A DNA stretch of 64,000 nt from a virus (taxonomy: Duplodnaviria; Caudoviricetes): positions 1 through 64,000 of the IMG/VR virus record IMGVR_UViG_3300049144_000095; one strand, given 5' to 3'. The position numbers were made by a program, and so were the translations under genes. This document shows positions 18,013 through 25,373 of this stretch, in pieces. The notes beneath the pieces were generated by a model that was not told the DNA's origin, made no database searches, and was given only the letters and a program-made list of their open reading frames with translations. Each line of letters begins with the position of its first letter. Position 1 is the stretch's first letter.

Positions 18013-19037
18013 GCATCCCGGACCGTTCCATGCATGCCGTTCTCCGGGTCGACGTACGGACCCGCAAGGATGGCGAGTACTACACCGACCTGTCCGACGT
18101 GCTGCGCCACGCGAAGATGTGGATCGAGGCCGGGCTGTCGGACCGCAACGACTTCACGGACGTCATGGTCACGGAGATGCCGCCGCCTGCCCCGCAGGTC
18201 ACGCTGGGCGACCTGGTGAAGGATGCCTTTGCTGTGCGGAATGCGGGATGCCCAAGTTGTAGCGACGGTACCCATCCGTCTGCGCCCTGCAAGTGCGGTC
18301 ACGACTACCACGGGCACAGTTCTATCGGGATGAACGTCCGACGACCGTGCCTGAACTGCAAGTGCGAGGCGTATCAGGAGTCCCAGAACTACCCGCGCTG
18401 CGGAGCGTGGGGTGGTTGCCCCATGCCGCTCGGCCACAACAAGGGTCACGCCGACCTGCCGGAACGACACCGGGCGCCCGACGTCGAGATGAGCGAACCG
18501 GACAACCCGGCCGCCCATGCTCTCGCCGAGTACATCGCCAGCCATCCCGCGAGCACCGTCATGGCGGCCTGTCGCTATCTCGGCTGGAAGCTCACGTTCG
18601 ACATCCAAGAGGACACCTGCTCGCACGGCCCTGAGCGCCACGGCCCCGAAGCCGGATGCATCGAGTGCCGCTGTTCATCGGCTACAGGGCATGCGACGGA
18701 GCGCACCTACGCGTGCCTACAGTGCAGGGACACCGGCGCCTGCAATGGTGGCCCGTGTCCACTGAGCGCTGAGTCCTCGCTCTCGGTGTGCTCGGTCTGC
18801 TCCGGCGGTATGGAGTGGATCAACGGGGAGACGGGTGGATGGTGGTCCCACTGGGACGCTTCAGTCGACGCCGCCCACCGCGCAGTACCCACACCGAGCG
18901 AATGTCCGGCAGCGCTGCTTCCCGCCGGATCGGATCCCGCCGAGCCGTGCGTAGTGGGTAATCCCCGGAACCCCCTGCCGCACCGGACACACCGTACCGC
19001 CCAGGGTGAAGCCTGGATTCCGAGCGATGAACCCTGA
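18009..19037 (+). CDS. Cys/His-rich multi-module protein
   Basis: At least six short CxxC/CxC/H clusters in 342 aa. Confidence 0.6.
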   Translation: MSIPDRSMHAVLRVDVRTRKDGEYYTDLSDVLRHAKMWIEAGLSDRNDFTDVMVTEMPPPAPQVTLGDLVKDAFAVRNAGCPSCSDGTHPSAPCKCGHDYHGHSSIGMNVRRPCLNCKCEAYQESQNYPRCGAWGGCPMPLGHNKGHADLPERHRAPDVEMSEPDNPAAHALAEYIASHPASTVMAACRYLGWKLTFDIQEDTCSHGPERHGPEAGCIECRCSSATGHATERTYACLQCRDTGACNGGPCPLSAESSLSVCSVCSGGMEWINGETGGWWSHWDASVDAAHRAVPTPSECPAALLPAGSDPAEPCVVGNPRNPLPHRTHRTAQGEAWIPSDEP

Positions 19038-19260
19038 GACCGGAGACCCCGGGCCGGTGGGGGGCGTGGACCGCAACGATGAGACCGAGGATTTCGGCCA
19101 CAGGCCTGTTGTCAGTTTCATCGACGGACGCGCCCTCAATCGGGTGTGCGCCCGCTGTACTACCCATACGGCTACTGGCATCTGGGGAGTCCGATGGCCC
19201 TGCACCAGCGCCATCATCCTCGGACTTGTCCCACGACCGGTCAGCGGATCACTTCGGTGA
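19027..19260 (+). CDS. Hypothetical protein
   Basis: VCARC...WPC motif; overlaps upstream stop. Confidence 0.5.
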   Translation: MNPETGDPGPVGGVDRNDETEDFGHRPVVSFIDGRALNRVCARCTTHTATGIWGVRWPCTSAIILGLVPRPVSGSLR

Positions 19261-20140
19261 CCGGCCCGTAGGCCACATCGAGGTCGAACCACACATGGTC
19301 GCGGATACCAGCCCGCTGGTTGAAATCCTCGGCCCGCATCGCCAGCAACTGCTCGGCCCGCTCCTCCACCGTTCCGGTCAGCTCGGTTCCGTGGCGGTGC
19401 GGGCCGTTGTTGTATCCGTCCCGGACGGTGTTGCCGTTGCAGGCCCCGCCTTCGCAGCCAGCACCGATGAACCCGGCATGGTAGGCCCGGCCCACCTCGG
19501 GGAAGACCGTGAGGCGGTCCATCCTGTGCCGCACTCGGCCCATGGCGCCGTCGATTCCGCTCCACAGGTGAGGTGCACAGGGGTGGTCGGGGAACGTCCG
19601 GCGAAGGTGCTCCATCCGGTCGTCCAGGTATGACATCGGAAGGTAGTCCAGCACCTCCCGCAGTCGTTCAGGCCGGAAGCTCGTCCCGACCGTTGGCGCA
19701 AAGGGCCGCAGGGTGGCCTGGTGGGCACTCTGCGGGGTCGGCGCTGGTGCACCCACGTCCGGCTTGCAGGCGGTCACGCAGAAGGCTTCAGGGGCCAGTT
19801 GGTGGGCGCTGCGGTGGTAGGTGAAGTAGTCGACGCAGGTGAAGATGTCGTCCTCGATCATGTGGATCAAGTCAGCGTCGTATTCCATGGACTCGTGCAG
19901 GGCCTGGAGCATGTTCCGTGTCGGCCCCTGATCGGTACACGGCTCCCGGTGGACGACGTCCACTCGCTTCGATCCCACGTTCCAGGCGAACCGGCTGATG
20001 ACCTCGGGAACCAGTGGATCGGGATCGTGGTCGACGTTGATCCGGTAGCGGAGCCCATACTCGTCCGCCTTGGCCAGGCGCATGAGGGTGGCCAGCAGGA
20101 AGTCAGGCCTGCGCCACGCGACAACGTTGACGATCTCCAT
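19241..20140 (-). CDS. GT-A fold glycosyltransferase (paralog of 47353-48201)
   Basis: AWRRPD, HMIEDD metal-binding motif, RAYHAGFIG. Confidence 0.8.
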   Translation of the reverse strand: MEIVNVVAWRRPDFLLATLMRLAKADEYGLRYRINVDHDPDPLVPEVISRFAWNVGSKRVDVVHREPCTDQGPTRNMLQALHESMEYDADLIHMIEDDIFTCVDYFTYHRSAHQLAPEAFCVTACKPDVGAPAPTPQSAHQATLRPFAPTVGTSFRPERLREVLDYLPMSYLDDRMEHLRRTFPDHPCAPHLWSGIDGAMGRVRHRMDRLTVFPEVGRAYHAGFIGAGCEGGACNGNTVRDGYNNGPHRHGTELTGTVEERAEQLLAMRAEDFNQRAGIRDHVWFDLDVAYGPVTEVIR

Positions 20141-20178
20141 GCCCCCTCACTCTACGGGTCCCTGCCCACAGAAGAAGC

Positions 20179-20218
20179 TGCGAAAAAATCGCAGAGCTCC
20201 GCGACTAGATGGTAAGAT
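20179..20218 (+). promoter_or_regulatory. Palindrome TGCGA-N5-TCGCA overlapping promoter TCGCAG-N18-TAAGAT
   Basis: Second copy of the architecture at 8286-8326; divergent intergenic region. Confidence 0.5.
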
Positions 20219-20266
20219 TGCTCCAACGGGCCTTGGGGACAGGGCCCTTCGGAGAGGAGAAGTGCT

Positions 20267-20980
20267 GTGCCCGGCACGAAGAACAAGAACTCGCGCTACG
20301 TCAACGTGCGAACGAACACCCTCGTCGAGGTCTTCGCGGAGGGTTCGGGAACGCTGCGGATCGCCACTGTCAGTGTCGACGGCTATGGTCGTCGCCGCAC
20401 CGCCCCTGCTACCTCTTTCCACCCGCACTACCTGGACGGAAACGGTCGGCCCCGGTCCTCGGGGTACGTCCCGGTGAACTCCCTGCCGGGCGACCACCCG
20501 CGCGCCATGAAGACGGAGATCGACAGGATGGAACTGCTCGAAAACCTGGACAGCCTGAGCGACGACGAACTGCGCGAAGTGATCGCCGAACAACAGCGGA
20601 TCTTCAACGACACCAAGACGCTGATCGAGCGGGCCAAGGAGATCGCCAAGAAGCGCCGGAAGGTGCCGGGCCTGGAACTGCACGGCGACACCGCCTTCGT
20701 GTACTCACCCAACAGGAAGTTCGACGCGGCGACGGCGAGGCGAGTCCTGGATGTCAAGACCCTGGCGAACGTCTCGGTCTCGAAGCCCGACGCAACCCGC
20801 GCCAAGCAGGTTCTCGGTGAGGACTCGGACCTCTACAAGGCCTGCGTCAAGGAGAGCGGCCTCAAGCTGGAGGTCCGTGAGGCGACCGACGAAGACCGCC
20901 TGAGGGTGCTCGACGAGCGCACGACGGCAGCCCCCGAGACGATGGACGAGGACTTCGATCCGGACGAGCCGCCGTTCTGA
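20267..20980 (+). CDS. Hypothetical protein with central coiled coil and acidic PPF tail
   Basis: RBS GAGGAG; strong codon bias; ends DEDFDPDEPPF. Confidence 0.7.
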   Translation: MPGTKNKNSRYVNVRTNTLVEVFAEGSGTLRIATVSVDGYGRRRTAPATSFHPHYLDGNGRPRSSGYVPVNSLPGDHPRAMKTEIDRMELLENLDSLSDDELREVIAEQQRIFNDTKTLIERAKEIAKKRRKVPGLELHGDTAFVYSPNRKFDAATARRVLDVKTLANVSVSKPDATRAKQVLGEDSDLYKACVKESGLKLEVREATDEDRLRVLDERTTAAPETMDEDFDPDEPPF

Positions 20981-20990
20981 CGGACCGGCA

Positions 20991-21031
20991 GAAAGCGGGC
21001 CCCGCCGCCCTCTGAGCGGAGGCCCGCTTTC
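20991..21031 (+). terminator. Intrinsic terminator
   Basis: GAAAGCGGGCC/GGCCCGCTTTC 11-bp stem. Confidence 0.7.
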
Positions 21032-21048
21032 ATGCCAGGATAACCGTC

Positions 21049-21771
21049 ATGAACGACATTGCCGTGCTCATACCTTTCGGCAACGGAACTCCGTGGCGCA
21101 GGAAGGCTCTTGACTACACGCGATCCTGGTACGCCGAGAACCTGGAAGGTGCCAGGATCCTCATGGGTCACAGCTCAGGCGCCTGGTGCAAGGCCGATGC
21201 GGTCGCGAACGCCCTGTCCCGCTCCTCCGGGGAAGAGATTCTTCTGATCGCCGACGCGGACTCGGTCACGCCCGGGGTGAAGCAGGCGGTGCGCGCCGTG
21301 CAGGACGGGGCGGCGTGGGCCGTTCCCCACCTGAAGGTCTACCGGATGAGCCAGGAGGCCACCACGGAGATCTATCAGGGGGCGGCACCCGGCTCGCTGA
21401 CGGGTCAGAACCGGTGGCTGGACCAGAGTCCGTACAAGGGGTACGAGGGTGGCGGCATCACGGTCCTGCGGCGCGAGGTGTACCTCGACTGCCCGCTCGA
21501 CCCGGCCTTCCGGGGGTGGGGCCAGGAAGACGAAGCGTGGGCCATGGCCCTCAACGGCCTGTACGGGCCCCCCTGGCGGGGCAAGGCACCGCTCTACCAC
21601 CTCTGGCACGAGAAGCCGGTACGTCTCACCCGGTACGCCGGGTCCGCCGCCTCTCTGGCCAGGCTCCAGGAGTACCGGGAAACACGTATACACGGCACCT
21701 GGAAAGAGCTTCTGGGGGAGGCAAGAACCACTGCCGAGGGAGGAGGCAATCCGTGTAAGGTTGCGATATGA
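21049..21771 (+). CDS. GT-A glycosyltransferase (GT2/GT7 C-terminal-like)
   Basis: IAVLIPF, KADAVANA, IADAD (DxD), FRGWGQED, LYHLWH. Confidence 0.85.
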   Translation: MNDIAVLIPFGNGTPWRRKALDYTRSWYAENLEGARILMGHSSGAWCKADAVANALSRSSGEEILLIADADSVTPGVKQAVRAVQDGAAWAVPHLKVYRMSQEATTEIYQGAAPGSLTGQNRWLDQSPYKGYEGGGITVLRREVYLDCPLDPAFRGWGQEDEAWAMALNGLYGPPWRGKAPLYHLWHEKPVRLTRYAGSAASLARLQEYRETRIHGTWKELLGEARTTAEGGGNPCKVAI

Positions 21772-22610
21772 CAGCAGAAGACGGTGAAAACATTCGCACT
21801 TTCGTCGGCGGTCTCGCAGTCGCGGCCATCATGCAGCCCTCTGCGCGCGACAAGCAGGCGGCGCCAGGCCCCAGCGACCTGGCCGACAAGTGCGATGTCT
21901 GCGTAGCCCGGAAGATCGCGGCCTATCTGGGTCTCGGCGACCGGGGCGCGCGGGGCTTCAGCCTCAAGGCGTGGATCGGTACCGCCGTGCACGAGAAGCT
22001 GGAGCGGGACCTCAGGCACATCTACCCGCACGGAGAGCAGGAGATCGAGGTCATCATCGGAGAGGTCCCCGGCCTCGGCCTCGTCAAGGGGCACGTCGAC
22101 CTCTATCTGCCCCGCAAGCTGAGCATCGTAGATTGGAAGACTACAGACCTGAAGAAGCTGAAGGGCTACCGCCTGGCGTCAGGTCCGGGTGCCTACACCA
22201 GCAACCTGACGGCCCAGGAGCGCGACGAGCTGAAGGATCTGAAGGAGCGCGAAGGAGTCGGCCTGCTCACGGAGGCTGAGTTCGGGCGGCTGACGCTGCT
22301 CATGGCCCAGTCCGAGGAGCATTCCGGCGGTGTTCCTGCGGAGTACCTGGGACAGACCATGTTGTACCTGTACGGTCTGCGCGCTTCGGACCGCCGAGCG
22401 GATCACGCGGTCCTCGTGTTCATCCCACGTGACTCCAATGATGTCGCGGACATCTGGGTGGCTTCCTGCCGGTACCGCCCGGAGATCGCTGAGGGTGTCC
22501 TGCGCCGCGCAGCACACCTGACGGCCGTCGTGCGCAGCGGAGGCCTTGCCGGTCTGAAGCCCCACGCCCAGTGCTTCCCGTGCTCGATCCAGCCGAAGCT
22601 CCGTCGTTGA
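21768..22610 (+). CDS. Cas4/RecB-like PD-(D/E)XK exonuclease
   Basis: PSDLADKC..C, IGTAVHEKLE, GHVDL...IVDWKT, QTMLY, C-terminal CFPC. Confidence 0.85.
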   Translation: MTAEDGENIRTFVGGLAVAAIMQPSARDKQAAPGPSDLADKCDVCVARKIAAYLGLGDRGARGFSLKAWIGTAVHEKLERDLRHIYPHGEQEIEVIIGEVPGLGLVKGHVDLYLPRKLSIVDWKTTDLKKLKGYRLASGPGAYTSNLTAQERDELKDLKEREGVGLLTEAEFGRLTLLMAQSEEHSGGVPAEYLGQTMLYLYGLRASDRRADHAVLVFIPRDSNDVADIWVASCRYRPEIAEGVLRRAAHLTAVVRSGGLAGLKPHAQCFPCSIQPKLRR

Positions 22611-22634
22611 AAGACGTACGAACTGGCCTGCAAA

Positions 22635-22648
22635 GTGGCCTAGGCTAC
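22635..22648. promoter_or_regulatory. Operator-like GTGGCCTAGGCTAC upstream of RecT
   Basis: Near-perfect copy of the TGGCCTAGGCC palindrome; GG-TAGGCT -10 at 22664-22669. Confidence 0.55.
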
Positions 22649-22675
22649 CGGTTCAGAAAGTGGTAGGCTGGAGCT

Positions 22676-22745
22676 ACAAGAACAAGAACAAGCCACTTCG
22701 AAAACACAAGAACGAGACGCCTGAAAACACACAAGAACGAGAACA
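22676..22745 (+). repeat. A/C-rich ACAAGAAC direct repeats in the RecT leader
   Basis: ACAAGAACAAGAACAAG then GAAAACAC(AC)AAGAACGAGA twice (22700-22717, 22723-22742). Confidence 0.7.
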
Positions 22746-22759
22746 GGAAGCTGGGTTGG

Positions 22760-23938
22760 ATGGGAACCACTGAACTTGCCCAACGCACCCCCCGCCCGGT
22801 GAGTCCGGCTGAAGCAGTCCGCCTCTCGAAGTCGAAGCTCCTTCCGGAGCACATCGCCGACGACCCGGCGAGCGTCGAGTACATGATGCGGATCGGCGAG
22901 TCCCTGGGGATCGACCCTGTCGCCTCCTTCCAGCACATCTTCGTCTTCCCGGACAAGAACGGCCGCCTCAAGGCCGGGATGTCGGCCCACCTGATGGTCG
23001 CCCTGGCCCAGGCGGCAGGCCACGTCGTCCACGTCGAAGGCAACGCACTGAAGGCGACGGCCCGGCTGATCCGGAACACGTCCCTGGAGGACATCCACCG
23101 CTTCAACGCCATGGCGGAGATCGAGCGCCAGCAGAAGCGCAATCTCCTGGCCAACACGGAGAGCGTTTACAGGTCCCAGCGGGACCTGATTCGCGACCAG
23201 ATCGATGACCTGAAAGCCCTCGCGGAACTGGGCGGCGAAGGTCTCCAGGAAGAAATCAAGAATCTTCAGCGGCAACTCCTCGAACTGCGGAAGCAGTACA
23301 ACTTCCAGGAGCTGCGCGACAAGATCACGGAGACCGAGTTCGACCTCGCCAAGATGGTCCACTTCAAGTCCGAGTGGACGAAGGCCAGGGCCGACCAGGC
23401 GGGTCTCACCGGCAAGTCCGTCTGGCAGAGCTTCGGCCCGGAGATGCTGAAGGCCCGAGCCAAGGCCAGCGTGGTCCGTGACGGCGCGATCGACGTCATC
23501 CTCGGCATCAAGCGCATCCTGAGCGACATGGGGCTGGAGTTCACCGACGAGGTGGACGACGAACTCGCGGTGGCCGGGGTGATCTACCCACCTGAAGAGC
23601 TGGGCGCCGAGGTCGACGAGGACGGAGTTCCCATCAAGGGCCGCGTCGTCAACGTGACGGCACCCGGGGTCAGCAAGGAGCAGGATCGCCTCGTGGCCGC
23701 CGGACGAAAGCTGATCGACGGCAAGAGCGCCGACGAGATCAGTAAGGCCATCGAGCAGTCGCTGCGCAACCCCAAGGTCGACAAGGACACCAAGATCTCC
23801 CGACTCGACGCCGTCCTCAAGGCGGTCAACGAGGCGGGCCGGGGCAAGGAGGAGGTTTCGCAGGACGACGGAAGCTGCGAACTCTCCGCCTACCTCGAAC
23901 GCATGATCCAGGAGCTGAACAGTCCCGTACAGCCCTGA
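22760..23938 (+). CDS. recT: RecT/Red-beta-like ssDNA annealing protein
   Basis: LLPEHI..DPASVEYMMRIGESLGIDPVASFQHIFV...MSAHLMVAL and W..FGPEMLKARA..VRDGAIDVILG; follows exonuclease. Confidence 0.75.
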   Translation: MGTTELAQRTPRPVSPAEAVRLSKSKLLPEHIADDPASVEYMMRIGESLGIDPVASFQHIFVFPDKNGRLKAGMSAHLMVALAQAAGHVVHVEGNALKATARLIRNTSLEDIHRFNAMAEIERQQKRNLLANTESVYRSQRDLIRDQIDDLKALAELGGEGLQEEIKNLQRQLLELRKQYNFQELRDKITETEFDLAKMVHFKSEWTKARADQAGLTGKSVWQSFGPEMLKARAKASVVRDGAIDVILGIKRILSDMGLEFTDEVDDELAVAGVIYPPEELGAEVDEDGVPIKGRVVNVTAPGVSKEQDRLVAAGRKLIDGKSADEISKAIEQSLRNPKVDKDTKISRLDAVLKAVNEAGRGKEEVSQDDGSCELSAYLERMIQELNSPVQP

Positions 23939-23992
23939 CGCAACTGACACACACAACGCGAACACGAGAACAAGGACGAGAGGCACAAGGAC

Positions 23993-25255
23993 ATGAGCAT
24001 CGACGCCACCGAGACCCCCGGCTACGACGAGACCGAGGACCCCTGGGCGACCGGCACGAGCGAGCCGCCCGCCGAGGACGCGACCGGCGAGTTCGACGAG
24101 TTCGACGACATCCTCTCCGGGATGGAGGAGGTGGAAAGCGACGAGCCGATCATCGCCCCGAGCAGCGCCCGTCGGTACACCAACCCGTACGACGTCGGCC
24201 TGAAGAACATGCAGTGGGTCCCGATCCGCATCCTCTCGGCCATGGTCGACCCCAAGAAGGTGCCGCGCCTGTCGTCGAAGACGTGCGTGGCGAAGATGCA
24301 GGTCCCGGACCCGGAGACCGGCGAGATGAAGACGAAGAGGCTCTTCCTCTTCGACCAGATCGAGGAGGCGTTGAAGAAGGGCGCCACCGAGGAGCAGGTC
24401 GACGCCCAGCCGCTGCCGTACTTCGTGTGCACGGCGAACCACGCCTCCAGCGAGTACCAGCGCACCTACGACTGGGAGATCGAGGTCCCGGTCTTCTCGA
24501 TCAAGACGGCCCTCTTCCGCCAGCAGGGCAACGGCCGCACCGGCTACAAGAACGAGTCCGGCCGCTCGCTGCGCGTAGCCGCCGGTGCCACCTCCTCGGG
24601 TGAGACGGTGACCGCCAAGAACCCGGCGCCCGAAGGTCAGATCAACATGCACGACGTCGCCGCCCGGATGGAGGAGAAGATCGTCCTGGCCCAGCTCAAC
24701 ATCGTGCAGGGCAAGAACCCGCGCTACCGCCAGTTCCTCGACGAGAACAACCAGACGATCTCCGTCCAGCTCGACCCCGAGACGGGCGGCCAGGTCACGC
24801 TGCTCAAGCCCGACGCCGACTCCAGCTACGTCTACGACGACGGCACCGGCCGGATCTGGGAGGGCGACGAGAAGACCCTGGTCGCCATCCCGGGTACCGC
24901 CAACCAGTTCGCCATCCGCGACAACAGCGGCGGCGAGGGCACGGGCCCGCTCCAGGAGAAGTACTTCCCGATCAACGACTACCTGAAGACCACGTTCCTG
25001 CCGCTGCCCGAGCGCAAGATCGAGGTCGAGACGTTGGACGGTTCGACGGTCGAGGGCGAGATCACGCTGGAGACCATCGGCGCCATCGCGCAGGGCAACG
25101 TCGTCGGCGCCCAGGTGGACGTCTTCCTGAAGACGGGCAAGAAGGTCACCGCCGTCTGGCTCGGCACCCAGTGGAACGAGAAGGAGCCCGACAGCGGCGT
25201 GGAGGGCGGCCTGGACCACTTCGCCGGTTCGAAGGACCCGGTTTCCACGCTCTGA
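23993..25255 (+). CDS. Acidic, probably abundant replication-module protein (SSB position)
   Basis: Extreme G/C third-position bias; between RecT and primase; own terminator. Confidence 0.65.
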   Translation: MSIDATETPGYDETEDPWATGTSEPPAEDATGEFDEFDDILSGMEEVESDEPIIAPSSARRYTNPYDVGLKNMQWVPIRILSAMVDPKKVPRLSSKTCVAKMQVPDPETGEMKTKRLFLFDQIEEALKKGATEEQVDAQPLPYFVCTANHASSEYQRTYDWEIEVPVFSIKTALFRQQGNGRTGYKNESGRSLRVAAGATSSGETVTAKNPAPEGQINMHDVAARMEEKIVLAQLNIVQGKNPRYRQFLDENNQTISVQLDPETGGQVTLLKPDADSSYVYDDGTGRIWEGDEKTLVAIPGTANQFAIRDNSGGEGTGPLQEKYFPINDYLKTTFLPLPERKIEVETLDGSTVEGEITLETIGAIAQGNVVGAQVDVFLKTGKKVTAVWLGTQWNEKEPDSGVEGGLDHFAGSKDPVSTL

Positions 25256-25308
25256 TCTCCAGGAAAACCGGCCGGGCAGATACGATCGTTTTCTGCCCGG
25301 ACGTGACG

Positions 25309-25336
25309 GGCGGGGTCCTATCGGGCCCCGCCTTTT
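25309..25336 (+). terminator. Intrinsic terminator
   Basis: GGCGGGG/CCCCGCC stem followed by TTTT. Confidence 0.7.
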
Positions 25337-25373
25337 CCGTACCGGAACGTCGCACAGAAAAGGAGGGGTGCCC

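Noticed and set aside
21768-22610. Cas4-like gene as part of a CRISPR system
   Set aside because: No array or other cas genes; exonuclease-RecT context is ordinary phage recombination
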